From contig NC_092675.1 of NCBI RefSeq assembly GCF_964355755.1, forward strand, positions 28,368,912 through 28,432,911: a stretch of 64,000 nucleotides of DNA, in the 5' to 3' direction. Shown here piece by piece: positions 1 through 15,100 of the stretch. Each line of letters begins with the position of its first letter. Within the stretch, counting starts at the first letter, position 1. The notes beneath the pieces are model-generated. The model did not search any database, was not told where the DNA came from, and was given only the letters and a program-made list of their open reading frames with translations. Source of the stretch: Antedon mediterranea (Eukaryota; Animalia; Echinodermata). The position numbers were made by a program, and so were the translations under genes.

Positions 1-277
1 GAAACCAGTACCACATCTTAACCTGTACATTTGATCACATCTGCAATATAATAAGGAAGTCCGGAAGCCATAGCAGCTTTCTATTGATATCTACAAACTA
101 TTTATTACATGCAATATTCAATTCTTTTCCTCGTTCGACAAAAGACATAACAATACAACACGATAACATTCAATATTTGAATGCAGATGTTTTCCTTTTA
201 TAATATATCCTGTAAATTTTACAAGTGGCACCTAAATGCACGAATTAATTAATTAATAAAAAGACAGCACTATTATT

Positions 278-385
278 AAAGCTCTGTCTACACTACCAAA
301 CTTGATGTGACAAAAAAATAGGATGTGCCCATATACTGTATGGACTCGATGACATCTTACCACTACCATATTTGGGCATATCACT
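278..385 (+). mobile_element. Truncated copy of MITE family 1 (TIR AAGCTCTGTCTACACTATCAAAC)
   Basis: Left TIR plus internal CATATCACTACCATATTTGGG repeats shared with about 10 other copies in the window; right TIR missing. Confidence 0.8.
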
Positions 386-3300
386 AACAAAATTAATTTC
401 AATAGTTCATCACTCGGTTCCCATTTGGTTTTTCTATAGCTATAGTTTCTACAGCAAATGTTCGATTTAAGGAAATAACTATCATAAAATAATTCATTTA
501 TCCAGGGTAGTGATATTCCGCAACCCTGAACACAGGATATGTGAAGAGTATGGTAAGCCTCAAAGAAAGGCCATTTAAGAAAAAATGGAAAGAAAATCAT
601 AATTGATTCATGAATTTTAGTATCAAAGCATTATCCCCGGCAAGATGTAGATAGCTATCAACTTTACAAAGAATTAAGTTCACTGAATATGCAATCCAGT
701 CCAAGAATGAACAAAATAAAAACAATTTGAACATAATATTTTGATAGAAAACAGTAAAACTATACACTTGATGTATTAAACCAACTCAGCAGACAATTAA
801 GATGACATTGTCCATCTGACAGAAAGGTGAAAACTTCTTGAGACAAGTGAATCAGACATCAAAAGGCCACCAGCCTATGCATTTCATAAATATTCTGTTA
901 ACGTGATAAATTAGAAATACAGTGTTTGACAAATCAAATTAATTAATTATTCCTTCACAATTAAACAATCTTTATTAATTAATCTAATTATACAAGTATA
1001 ATTTGTCTTTGGTTAAAAAACAAAACAACAGTCTTACTAACAGAGTGAATCAGCTAATTAAATAACATACAATCTCTACATCACTGTGTTTAATCTTGAA
1101 ACGTGCATTAACGTTAGTGAATGCAATCATAGAGAAGTATTTATAGTAAACACAGATTTATGACAATTTGTAGGAGGTAATTCATTTAAAAAGAATGTTG
1201 GCATCCTTAATAAGTATGGTTGATTGACTGTTTTAACCACATAGTGCGCCTATACTGATTAAAAATGATTTCTGTTAAATCAGTATTTACCTATGCATCT
1301 TTGTATACGAAAATTTGATTTCGTTTGACAATATTTAGTAATATCAAAGTCACATATACATAAAAATACAATATAATTGTTTTTTATGATTTAAAATGTA
1401 GCAATTCAAAGACATGTTTCAAAGAAATATATTTCCATTGGGATCCTGGAATCAATACGGTAATTATAATTGTACAAAAAAATGTATCAACATTAAATAG
1501 GATTTAAAATTATTTGAGGGACATTAAATTGCTATATATTGTATAAAAAGTATTATTCTGTACACATAATTAATATTACAGCCAACTGACCAAACTAGTG
1601 AACAAAAAGAGCCAACATAGCATTGAACCCAGAACCATCACGAGTCAACAACAGACTTTTTGACAGCGGTTCTTACATCATACAGTATAGTTATTACAGA
1701 AATTAGAAAATCAAACCTGTAATTGAATCACTGGGATTTTATTTTTCCTTTCAGAGGATATATACCATCAAACCATTACGTTATTGAATCAATAACTTTA
1801 TATAATTAAGAACCATTTAGTTGGTGACATTTCACTGTTGATTGGTAACTTTCCAAATTGCTAGGTGACATTTCCTGTTGGTATGTCAAAACTTAAATGG
1901 TATAATTTGTTTTGATAGAATTTCCAAACCTTTAAAAATAAGGTAAAGCTATTATTATTCATTTCATTTCATTTATTTCATCATTTAAAAACATGATAAT
2001 ACAATACAAATAAACATAACAAAACACATGACGGTGACAGGATTAAACAAAAGCAAATTTAATTGCTGTACACATTTTCTCCGCCGTCACGGGTATGTAC
2101 CAGAAAGTAATTTTGTATGGAGGAATGATTGTATATCTATGAGTGAAAAACAATAAATATAAAGAGAACACATAAAACAATAAAATATTTAAATGCAGTT
2201 ATGCCTATTATTTGTTCAAATCAAGTTTTTAATATGATCTTACAAATAACATATTGGTATTATTTATAATAAAATTAATATGAGAGAGTGCGAATCTTGA
2301 GAGGGTGCTAATCCAGAATGGAGTAAAATGACCTGGAAAGAACTGAACCGGAAATTCATCTAACTAAATCATAGTTATGAAATGGATTTTGATAAAAAAA
2401 ACATTCATTTTTTCAAGTCAAGAGACAAATATATGGAACATATTGTAGAGTTTGGCTATAATTGTTTTTCTTTTATGTTGAATGCCAAAGAGGAACCCTG
2501 GAGTAAAAAGAACTGACAATGATTCACAAAAAAAAATGAGTCACAATTGAGGCATCTTGTCAAAATAAATGTTTTCTTTTTCTTTGTACAAATCAAATTA
2601 TATTGTGTTTATTTTGTATTATTTATAACAGTTCTTGTAAAAACAGAATATATGTTATGGATGGTACACACATTAAAGGATACGTTTACAATGTTTGAAT
2701 TTAGAGTAAGTCCCTGGATAATTAGATCATTTATACTTTTAATTAGTTTTTAATGGTTGTTAAAATGTTAAATTTATCTCAGCTTTAAATAAAAAAAAAA
2801 TAAGTTTCTCTTTGAATTAGTCACATGATGTACATGATCGAAAGTTTATAGCCATGTGACATAAAATGTGTTCTGAATAGTGTAAATGTCACCTCCCAAC
2901 TGGAAACTTCAAAGCATGCCTTTAAAACCATTTTATACAAAACAAAAAAACCCAAATCACTCGCAAGAACTCCTCTGTAATTTCGCTTGTTACTGTTTTG
3001 CTCAAATGTTTTGGCTGCAAAAATAGAATAACATTTATCCATTATAAAGTTTGCTAAATATATAGAGGAAAACCAGTTTAAAGACTTAGAAATATGAAAC
3101 TATAACCCTTCTGATGCAAAACAAAATTTAAGAAAATGGCTTAAGTCTGAAATTGCGAGTACAAAAAATTTACTAAAAGTGAAAAACATTAAGTTAAAAT
3201 AAAGGAAAACAATAAAAGTACATATTCAAAGCCGTTTCTAATGTAGGAAACATAATTGGGTTACTTGGCACCCATAACTAATGATTGCCGACTAAAATGT

Positions 3301-3782
3301 AATAAATTATTTCAGATAACTAAGAGAAAGTACATAGATTCTATTTTCACTATCATTAAGAATGTAACATATTCAAATTTTAAAATTTGTCATCTAAAGG
3401 AAAAAAATACATATGTATACATACGTCAGTAAGGGCAATGAAAAATGAAAAAAATTGTCCTTAAAATAAAAAATATAGTCATTAAGGAAACTAAAATTAT
3501 TATTGATTATACTGATAGTAAACTCATATCTAATATAATAGCATGTCATTTTTTGAAAAGTTTATAATTGTTAATAAAATAAAGTGGATACCATAAACTA
3601 TATCCTAAAATATCTTCAAAAGTGTTTATGTAGAAAAATTAATTTTATAGTCAAACATCTGTTCAAACACTTTACAGACCTGTAAATAATGTGTTTGACA
3701 TTTTAACAATTATGATATGATTAAACATTAACTATTATTAACAATACCATTACAAATGATTGAAATACATTCCAAAACAAAC

Positions 3783-4028
3783 CTTTGTGCTGACTCTAGC
3801 AGTGACTTGAGTTTTATGTACAATCCGAGGGGGCTTAGGCCGAATCCTTGGCAGTGGTGGTGGTACGATTTGTCTGTCTTTTGGAGGTAATGCAGGGGGT
3901 CGTGGCGATGGCTTAAAAAACTGCTTTAACTTATTGTGCACGCTGAAATTCTCAAATGTTTTCTTGCGATATTGCACAGGATAATGAATACGCATCGTAG
4001 TCGGCTTATGCACATCGTGCAAGAACAT
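3783..4028 (-). CDS. Putative (alternative) first coding exon, proline-rich, of a minus-strand gene continuing beyond the left edge
   Basis: ATG at 4028, 82 open codons with PPALPPK and PPPLPRIRPKPP, GC content above flanks, phase-0 donor AAG|GTTTGT at 3783/3782. Gene identity not recognisable. Confidence 0.55.
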
Positions 4029-7000
4029 CTTAGCGGTATTTCCTAATGAATCTTTCCCACGATGTTACCCTATCGGTAACTGAACTCTCTTGTATGGGAT
4101 AAAACTTTCAGAATGTAATGTCAAATACTCCCAGACTCCTTCGTCCAATCGTTATAAAGATATAGGCCATATTAGTGACGTCTAGCCTAGAGGGGCATGA
4201 GTCACCCGTATGCTGTGAAGGAGAACTTTTCTTTTAATCAGGAAGCTTCAGACTATACGCGCCTACCAATCGTTTGTCGGTAGAACCATTTTAGTTTTAA
4301 TGATTGACATGATTTGAAAATTAAACTGTCAACTAATTACTTTAATATCTATGTGGGTTTAATTGACCTTTCAAAACAAAATGGTTACAAAGCAAAAACT
4401 AAAGTCAGCTGTGTAGGCCTACTAGTTGTTGTACATAGGCCTACTGTACTTCAATGGTTTTTGAAAACCTCCAAAAGGGTTTTTGACACCAGTACTTTTA
4501 TTATACACATTTTAGGGGTTTGCTAGCTGTAGAAAAGTGACAATCTCCCAACCCTCCAAATATGTAAAAGGGAGAGGGGAAAGTGCTGTAGAAAAGTACC
4601 TTGGTTTACACACTTTGCACATTTGTACTTCCCATCAGTTAGCAGACAGTATGTTTTCAGAGAGTGAATAATAAATGCAGACTTAATTATTTACAGAATA
4701 ACAGCAGAGGTCAAAGGTAAGAATATCTAATTCTATACATAAGATACAGTAAAGATATTGACAGATACTTAGCCTTGCTAAGGACCAGACTCTAGTTTGT
4801 ACTATATTTTCCAGTCAATTCAGCTGAAGAGGATTTAATTACAAGATTTCCTAATTATCTATGACAAATACTTTGAACTTGGAACTTATATATAAATGAA
4901 GGTTGTAGGAGCATATTATATTGTAATGATAGTAACGTACCCGTACCTCAATTCTACTGCAAGCCCCTTCAGGAAATGAAGATATTATGATAGTTAAGTA
5001 GCATTATTGACCTAGATTTTAAAGGTGCACTGATTTAAAGGTACTTTATAGTTTAAAAATATATGAACATATTATGTTTAAACTTTACTGTGAAAGGAAT
5101 ATACACCTATACCTGCTGCATTGTGGGAAAGAGTTCAAGTTCAGAATAAAAGACGAATATATATTTTAAATTAAATTAAGGAGAACAACTCAACAAAATA
5201 ATTTTGCTATATCTGTAAATGCTTGTATGATACTGTAGCTATTATTTATTTATAAAAATATTTATGAGTTTTCATTGTTCCATTTGTTTCCATAGACGCA
5301 TCAAAATATACATTGTTTTATGTGGTAGGGTACTTCCCTAATTCTCCCTCTTATTACAATCACTGTATTCAGTTCACTGGTTTAACCAATATTTGAATAT
5401 CATTAGATGAAGAGATGATTTTAACTTTTACTAATTTTGTGGGATGTCCCTTGTTTGTTCACAGGAAATATGCATGTTCTCTGAATATGTATGTCCCAAT
5501 AAGTTACTACTGTACTACTAAACTTCTATAAGATATTCTATATACTCTGCCATTTAATTGGTTGATTATGTATGACATGGTATTTTATATTCTGAGTGAT
5601 ATTCAATTCAACAGCTAGCTTGTCAATATGTTGAGATTTTTTGTGTCACAAAATTGGCAGATAAACATTGCCAAATCTGTAATTAAGCCTGCTCTGCAAC
5701 CAAAATCCAAGCTCTGCCTTTATGACATAGCCTAGCAATACATGAAGGAAGTGGTTTTGTTGTGACCGAACTGATAAAAATGAATGATTATTAAATATTG
5801 GGTTGGACAGAGTGTGCTTGAACATCAGTAATCTTTCAACTCATGATAAACTCTGCTCATCAACATTTATTATTGTACGATATGATATTATTAAACTTGT
5901 TTTTAGAAAATGTATAAAATATAATAGAAACATATCACTATCTGTAGGAATATTACCTATAGCTTACCTAACCCCAATTTACAATGTTTGTATAGACTAT
6001 ACACTATAGAGTGTGGATCGTCAATAGAGAACTGGTTTATCTTGAAAGTTATTGTAACATTTATCTCGATAAAATCGGTTAAATTGAGTGCTAATGTGGA
6101 GCATTTCTGGCGTTTCACTGTACAAGTCTTGAATAATATGTGAAAAATAAAATTAAACAATTGGCATACACGTACACAACTATAAACTGATGTTGAAAAA
6201 AGATAGTACCATATTTAAGAGTAGACACTGACATTTAAAAGAAAAAATGCAATTAAATATATCAGATACTCCTGAGTATTAGAAAAAAAAATGTGAAAGA
6301 GTGAAATATAGATTTAAGTAATAAACAGCAAAATGAAACATTGTGATGTGATTGATGTACTGATAGACAAGTGCAGAAACAAGGAGAAAACTTCGCCAAT
6401 AGATGAGTCATGCACGGGGTCATGCAGCAGCCAATGTCGATGGAAGGCATCAGGAAAGATGTGAGGTAATCTTGCTATTATTTGATTACAACTTTACAAT
6501 TCTAAATATTTCCCTATGGGACAACACAACAGTCTAATAAGGCAGCCATTTCCCAACAGGAAAACCATAAAAACCATCAAAATAGTGGATTGTAGATACA
6601 ACAGACAATACACACTGACGAAACATGAGTTGATATAAGGAATAATGCATTGTACCTTATCTATTAAATGATCTCTATCGTTATTCATCATCTACAGTAC
6701 TTTGTGCTTCTCCAATAACTTGAAAGAAGTGACCATCGTTAAAGTAAATTAAAATTAATGATCTACAAATGCTATGACACACTGAAGAAACAGTTACAAA
6801 AATATGTTACCTTATCAAATATGCTACAGTACCTTGTTAATAGATCTATCTTGTTATGTTCTCTCCAATAATTTAAAGAAGTTGCGAACATCAAATACAA
6901 TGACAATTATGATTTATAAATGCAACGAAAATATTTAAACATGTTTTTTAACTAATAAACAAAACAGTGAAACTTGAAGTTCTTACAAATGAAAGCACGA

Positions 7001-8858
7001 AAGAATAGAATAAATGATAATGAGGAAGTAATGATATAATTTGCTATGAAAAATCTATTACAACCACATAATATTAAAATTATGGAGCAGTTATTGTTAA
7101 GAGCATTGTCCTATACAATAGTCTATTGTATTCAAAGCTTTTTACAACTCGAACCAAACATTATATCATCACCAACGACTATTCTTTGTTATTGATTGAT
7201 TGATTAATATTTCAGAATTCCATATCCAATCATTGCAAATTGAAAGGAAAAACATTTATTAGTGAAGAGACTAACAGACCTTAAAAGATAGTGTTATGGT
7301 AGTCCAGTTAGAAAATGACTAATTATAAAAAATAATTTAAATTCAGGTTTATAAATTCAGGTTCAGAAATGTCCAACATAATAGAATGGAAGGAGCTTAC
7401 TATAGATTATAAGAGTTTGGTACCAATAAGTGCCATGAGCAACTGATATGCATTAAAGCACAGATATGCATTCAATCTTGTACTAAAACATACCTGAATT
7501 TTATCCTCCTTCGTGTAGAAAACCATGTTATCATTTATAGATGTGTGCATTGATACTATAGAAAAGCTACTGTCTATCGTGCTTGCTAGACAAATAGGTT
7601 CTGTTCTAGGAAATCACAAGTGTGGACAAACTACAATATACTGTATTGTTTCCTGGTCATTGAAACAACTCTTTATTGGTCTTAAAGACTAAACTATGTG
7701 ACAATATATATTATCAATAACAAAATATTAAATATTGATAGTAATATTCTGGACACGCACGCAACTTACAGTAGGTTCAAATAGTGATGAATTGGTTTTA
7801 AAGACTTTCTATATTCAAAAGTTTGTGCAGTTGTACTTGATAGATTGATATTTCAGTTTGCACAATTATCAATAGATAAACCAAACCAAAATAAACAAAA
7901 AATGAAAGATGAAATATAAACAAAATTAGAATGTACACCATAAGAATGATATTTTTATCCCATATAAGACAGACTAAAAGCGTCTACTTTGGAATAAAAG
8001 ACAGTTTTAAGACAATTTAAACAAAAAAGTGTTGAAGGTCAGAAAAGTTCCCATAAAATTTGACAGGAATTATCAAAGAGGTCTTTTCTTTAATTTTGAA
8101 TTAAGTGCGGCACTTTTAGTATACCTAAGTTTCTAAGTAAATATCCAATATTCTATTTCTATGAACCTGGAAAGGGGTTTATAATTTTAAGTACTGTAAT
8201 ATAAAATTATTGAATGAGATTGCAATCTAAAGTATAAGAGATAATTTGTACCAAGATGACATAACAATTTAACAGGGGACCTTGTACACTTACTTGTACA
8301 TAATCAGTTTAAATATTCGCCATAATTGAATCATATCAATCTGTATTACCATACATACTGACACCCAAGACCAAGTAATACATTCTGTATATATATATCC
8401 TTCACTTATAACTAATGTCAGGTTCTAAAAATAACACATTTTTTATCAAACTTTTATAAATTTCAATGTAACCTTGTCCTCTGTAGCTTTTTGATGCAAA
8501 CTTTCCTCATTCAATCAAACTTTATTAATTTGAAGAAATCAAGACTTTTAACAATATATCATAGAGACAGAAATAACAAAAATTAATTAGTAGTAGAAAA
8601 ATCTACAATGCCATTGCTAAAATAGTAGAACTATTAATGAGATACTTTTCAATTAAACAAGAAAGCAGAAAGAACACTATACTGTTAATTACCACTTCGA
8701 CCATAATAAAGGGACATTTTCAATGAAAAAAATAAGAAAGACTGTTAAGTTAACCACTTCAAACCCTATCAAGGGGACACTTTACCATGAAACAAATGAG
8801 GGAAAATATAAGGTTCACCATTGTGACCAACTCCGATTCAGACGAGACACCACTATAA

Positions 8859-9017
8859 GGGGTCTTTCACACCTGTTCTGGCACGGTTCCGGTGCGGTGC
8901 TGGAAAATCCAACCGAAAGTCAACTTTTTATAGACGCGTAGAGCGTCCATGAAAACGAAACATTGATGGTCGATTTGCCGGACCGGAACCATGCCGGAAA
9001 AGGTGTGAAAGATCATT
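8859..9017. mobile_element. MITE with ~30-bp imperfect TIRs (GGTCTTTCACACCT...AGGTGTGAAAGATC), Harbinger-like
   Basis: Inverted termini flanked by TAA on both sides; appears to sit inside an older degenerate repeat (about 8680-9120). Confidence 0.65.
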
Positions 9018-9671
9018 TAAGGCACACTTTTTATGAAACAAAGAACAATACTAGAGTGGCAAACACACACCCCTGTTTATATATTGTCCCTCGTTCGTTT
9101 TTAGGAGGCGTTCTACTGTAAATACAGAAAAAAATGTTTATGTAACACTAAATGGAAACAAATTTTAGTGACATATTCATTCATTATGTTTTTCTTGAAT
9201 TGTTTTGAATGAATTAATTACAATATATTATAGTTAATAATAGTACACTGTCTTTGTACTATGGGTAAATTAGACAAGATGCCTCTTCTGTTATAAATAC
9301 TGTAACATAAAATGAAAGGTTTCAACAAAATATCACAAATAGAATTTCCTATATCCTAAAAAGAACCCCCCTGTTTCTAACGTGCATCAGATTTTTCATA
9401 TCTCATTAGTATTTCAGCCCCACATATTACCTCAGTGGGCCCCTAACAATATAACAATTCTTGATCCCCATTCTTCCACCTGTTGTATAATGTTTCTTGT
9501 ATATAATATAATCAGATTAGTTGAATATGATTGGTAGAGACAAAAAGACGAGACAAGTTAGCAACCACACCGCAAACAAAATTGTGAAAGTTTAATATTA
9601 TTTCAGACATAATTTGTACAAGGCTCAATGGATGCACAGAACAATGAACAGAAGGGGGTGATGGGATGGAA

Positions 9672-9941
9672 GGTGCCGTATTGCGTAATCACAAGTGGGA
9701 ACCAACGACGTAACAGTGCAGCAAACATCGCCACGAGAAATTAAATAAGTTTGATTTCACGCAACACTGCAAGTCAAAAGAACACTGGAAAAATAGTACA
9801 GCGCGTACTCAAAAGTACGCGGAATGAACCAGGTCAAGCATGTTTGATTTCACGTAGGCGGGGGCAAACACAATTATTGGAAGGGCATTTGCTTACGTTG
9901 CGTCGGTTGTGTTACGTTGCGTCGCTAGTGGGAACCAAGCT
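9672..9941 (-). mobile_element. MITE family 2 copy (TIR AGCGTGGTTCCCACTAGCGACGCAACG), one end missing
   Basis: Shares TIR and internal blocks (GTGGGAACCAACGACGTAAC, TTTGATTTCACG) with the copy at 63601-63768, internal part in opposite orientation. Confidence 0.75.
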
Positions 9942-10640
9942 TAAGGAGTAGCACACACTCCCCTCATTTACAGCTGAAACATTTCTGTAGTCCGTTAAGC
10001 CTAATGTAGCGTTATCTTCATTTCGCTCTCATCTCATATTTTTTCTTCCTGTTTGATTGATTACAAACAACAGTTTTCAAATAAAGCCTACATAATAGTA
10101 CTTGACTCCAGTTAGTCATCCTAATTGTTTGAATGCATTCTGTCATCAAAACAGCAATGCCAAACCAACTTTTAAAAAACTTTGTCATTCGAACATATGT
10201 CTTCATCATCTTTTTCACATGTTCCTTTGACTTTACAATTTGCCTGGTTAAAATGTGAGGCTTTGTTCCGACTCGGGCGAAATGCAGGGATGTAAGCCCA
10301 CTGTAAGTGATTTGACCAATCATGATGCAATGTTCATCCAAAAAGTTGCTTGTGATTGGTCAACTCACTTGTTGACACAGTTGCAGATAAGTGTATCCTA
10401 AATTAATACAAACAGACAGTTTGTATGACCTTTAAATCAAAAGTGCTAATTTGGAAAAACAATTTTGAGACTTTATAAAAGCATGGCCAAACCATAGAGG
10501 GGGCTACTTAAAACATTCTCATGCATCAGTATCTATAGTAAACAATTTGTATGCCAGGTGCTTTCCAAGCATGCCATTATTTGCTGATTTTTTTTTTTTT
10601 CCAAAACAAGCTGGAGACATTCTCCTTCAGGAGATAACTC

Positions 10641-10797
10641 TAAAGCTCACACTATCAAACTTGACTTGTGACAAAAAAATGTGATGTGCTCATAATGGAC
10701 ATGATGATGTCATATCTCTACCAAATTTGGGCATATCACTACCATATTTGGGCACACTTTTTGAGTCAAACTAGTTTGATAGTGCAGACAGAGCTAA
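10641..10797 (+). mobile_element. MITE family 1 copy
   Basis: Both TIRs present (left one with a small deletion) and characteristic internal repeats. Confidence 0.85.
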
Positions 10798-12067
10798 AAA
10801 AATCGAAAAACTCCTACTTTTATCCTAAGACTTGTGTGCTAAATGATATTCCAAGCAATGTTGACAAGTTGTCCATTCTCCCTAGATACTACTGCGGTTA
10901 AGTTTAAGAAAAAGTTGATATGATTTTACATTTGCCATGACAATACAAACACATAAATTTGACTTCATGCGTTAATTATTGGTCATTGAAAACAATTAGG
11001 ATCTGAGACAAACAAGTTTATTGTCTATAATGTACAGCTTGTTCTTAAAGCATAGTTCACTGTCGAAAACTAAACAATAAATCATCGTGGGAAATGATAC
11101 AAAAGAATTATGAAAATGTTGGCAAATAACCATTAGAAATCAACAAAATATTGTGACTTTGGAATGAGTCATGGAATTAAGAACCTTACAGAATTATAGG
11201 ATTGTTATGCACAAACTACACTATATGCCACGTTGTATAGTTTTAAGTTAAGAGAAATTTAGAATGTTGTTTTCTTTAATGTATTATTATTATTATTATT
11301 ATTTCATATACAGTAGCACTTTTCCAAAAGAAAAATGATCACCGCGCTTCACACCCGCTTCACATAAAGAAAAATTGGAAAGAGGAATTAGGAAACAGAT
11401 GCTATTGGGAGACAGGAGATTATACACCTGTCCACTTTTCAAAAGTGTAATTAATAAAAAACTTTAATTTAGATTTCAACCACTAGAGTTTCAACGGCTC
11501 TTTTGTGATATGGAGTTCAACAAAAAAATAAATTCATCTAGTTCCTAATTCTAGACATAATGAATCTATGAACATGGAATATACAATGACATTAATAGAC
11601 AACAGAGATAGGAACATCTCATCAGTGTTGACACGGTTGTCACATGTTTGCAGTACTTTATTCTAATACAATATTATCTAAAATAGTGTGACATCATAGT
11701 TTGATTTTAAAATTTACTTTTCAGGGATGTCATCTGAAAAAGTTGGCTGTACTGGTACTGGTACTGGTTCAAGTAACCGTCTCACAGAGACATCTGGTAG
11801 CCATTGACTTAAAGTTGGCATTTGGATGCGTTACTTTTAAATGTACAGTATGAGAGTGACTACTACCAAATTGCACAGTCACAAAACAACTTATAAAACA
11901 GTTCATATATACAGTTAAAACATTGCTGGGAATTATAAATTTCTGTTGAAGCAGGCTCCAATAGTAGTAGTGTTAATTCAAAAACTTTAAAAGTTCATTC
12001 TTAGCAAGCAAGCAGTGTTTTTTTAATTTCATTTTTAGTCGACTGACCGAATGTACTGTACACTTAG

Positions 12068-12168
12068 AAACACACATATACATTCTTTAGTGGCAAATGT
12101 ACTGTCAAGTAGCCAGTGTACAAACACACATATACATTCTTTAGTGGCAAATGTACTGTCAAGTAGCC
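12068..12168 (+). repeat. Direct duplication, 47 bp identical, period 54 bp
   Basis: AAACACACATATACATTCTTTAGTGGCAAATGTACTGTCAAGTAGCC at 12068 and 12122. Confidence 0.9.
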
Positions 12169-15100
12169 TGTATTCATCTCTGTGTATTTTCAATCTTATC
12201 AGAAACATACGGAACGGTACGGATGACAGTTTAGCCAAAAATGAAACATGTAAATTTAATGAGAAACTAAGTATTTATTTAATTTTATTCTTGCTCTTAA
12301 GAGGAATAATAAACTAATATATGTCTACAAAGCAGGATAAACTGAAATCAATTAAAATAAATTATTTGTTATCTGTCTAAAAAGGAATCGCAAAGCATCT
12401 GTATTCTTATGAGACCATTCAGGAAGACTGTTAACATCTTCTTTAAAAATCAGCGTTAGGGAAAAAGTGACTCTGCAAAAACAGTTATCATCAGTTGTGT
12501 CTCTCACAAACTGAAATGGAAACTATCTCAGTTTAGCACTTTATACTGTCTTTAATTTGATCTATAATTAGAAAAGTACTTCCTGAAACAATATAGTGTA
12601 GGTGGTCTTAAACCTAACTTATTTTTTTTTTTTTAAATAATTAATAAATTAATAAATTTCTAATTAGAATTTTTTTGAAATTGAATATAGATTTTGAATT
12701 CTTCAATTTAACTGTAGGTTACCTACCTAGGATACTGTACAATAGTCTTATTAGTCACGTAATATTTTCCATGGCATACAGAGAAATTGATGATCACAAT
12801 ACTATCAGTAAAATATTAATTATGAAAAAATGATTACAATAAATTTATCCTTTGGGACATCCCTATTCAGGAGACATCACTATTCCATGAACATTCCTAT
12901 TTAGGGGACACTGTTATTCAGAGGACACCTCTAATACAGGGACACATTCATGTAAAATGAACACTACATAAACTGCTATTAAGCTGACAACTTTGTTGGG
13001 TTCCAAAAATGGCCCCTTTAAAGGTGTTCTATAAGTATTAGCAAAGTTCTTAAAAGTAAATTAACACATGGTATTTATTAAATTTGATTACAAGAAAATT
13101 GTAATAATTATGATATTGTCTATGGATGACATATCAAAGCTTTAGGCAGAAAATTGTAAATTAAAGTCATACTCATGCACCTTCGGGAGGTTTGATGACA
13201 AAAGAACACCACAAAAGATGATAGAAGGATTGAACAGATTTAATTTGATTCCTGACAACAAGAATATGTGCATTGAAGCATAAACTGGACAAAATTATGT
13301 CATCATCGCCAGACATAAAAATCTTTTTTAAGTTTTATAAAAAAAAATCATAGACAGGAACTACCAATCAGTGTTGATACAATAGTGAAGTATTTACATT
13401 AATATATTTATCATGACATATTTTGTTTTCTAATGAATAAAATATAGTATAATTGACATTCAAACATTTTTACACCAACAAAAATCCAAGGTATCCTGCT
13501 ACAGTAGATCTTTTAAAAATCTAAAATCAAAGAATTTTAAATTTCTGTCCATTTCTTAAGTCACATAAAAGTCAAGATCAAATAAATTATTAAATAAATT
13601 GGTCAATAATTCGAATAATATATACAAAATATGGTAAACTTAATTACATTTTTAATAAGTTACAGTAAGCTTCTACTATTAGTAAAAAATGTATTTATTC
13701 TTGGTCCTTAGTTTAACTGGAAACTGAGGAAATTCGGATTAGACTCTCCACGGACCCACAGCAGACGTACAGTAAATGTTTTGTTGATGGTTTTGAAGGC
13801 TACAGTATTTTCCAACAAGAACAATTTATGGAAAGGAATCAAACATGAACAGTTTTATTTTTATCTGTAAGATTTCCATTGTACAGAGATAGCTGGAACA
13901 AAAATTTATTTCCAATAATTTAATTTATGTGAAAGTCTTTAAAAATAAAGTTTCACAAAAAGCAAGCAAAGCAAAAACTCCTTAAAATATTATTAAAAAG
14001 TTAAAAAAAAAATAAAAATAATATTCCGACTAGCTGATTGTGTTTCACTTTTTGCATTTCCATTACTATGTAATTTCTTTATAATAAATCTTAAGTGCAG
14101 AATACTCTTATGATGCTAAAAATCCACTTTCTAAGATAGTACAGACTTGGCAAGGTTGTAGTAGCAGCTTTAAACTCTTTCCCCCCTGAAGTTTTAAAAC
14201 CTAAGAAGGGATAAAATACTAACCTTGACATACACAGTAGTGCACGTTTACAAATTACACAATTTCAAATCATATAATATTATGAATTTTATTTTTGTAT
14301 ATCAAAAAATGCAATGACGGTAATTGAAACAGATTGGATAAAAACAAAAATGAGCACAATTAACACATTTTTTAAGGTTCTGTATTTATCAAGGTCGAAT
14401 GCACCCACAAGCAGTCACAAATTTGTTTATTTCAATATTATATCAGATAAAGATTCATTAAAATAAAGTTTTACAAATCCTTGGCATTTAAAACTTTCTG
14501 TTAATTTCCTCTTTACACTGGAGACTTGATAAGAAGATGTTTGAATTCGGGGATAAACGTCTTAATGAAAGGATGTAAACGACTTAATTAAGACATTCGG
14601 CAATTGAACCGCTGCCTTTCAAGACACCACCATAAGTTGCTCTAGACTAGTATTTCCCTTGACCATTAAGAACTCATTTACAGTTGTCTAGTTTTTACAT
14701 GACCTGTAACCAATCAATCAGTATACATTAATTTTAACTTTTTGGTTTGACCATTGGCATGTATATTTAGAATAGTAGATAGTTGATGATTAACAAGAGA
14801 TCCTACACCTAGAAATCAGGTCAAGACTCGACAATTAACTTGGTACATGTATTTATATATTTTATACATTTTGAAAAATGCGAACGATTTACAACTTTAA
14901 AGTAGTTTATATCAACTGCTACTTTTACGGATTTCTTAAGAGCTTTCGTAAGTCCTCGATTAAAGTTTAGCTAAATTATTCACAACATCACCTTAAAGAC
15001 TTCGGTTTCAATCAAGGACTTGAAAGTTGGAAAAGCTCTCGAAAAAATCTGTAAAAACAGCAGTTTTAAACTATTTATACAAACAGCACACCTACAGCAC

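Noticed and set aside
253-600. Short ORFs containing LCLHYQT / KFDSVDR peptides here and elsewhere
   Set aside because: Translations of the MITE family 1 TIR, not genes.
10018-10341. 107-aa minus-strand ORF as a possible exon
   Set aside because: No recognisable motif and only weak splice signals; cannot be supported.
12035-12317. ORFs with repeated 18-aa peptides on both strands
   Set aside because: By-product of the 54-bp-period duplication.
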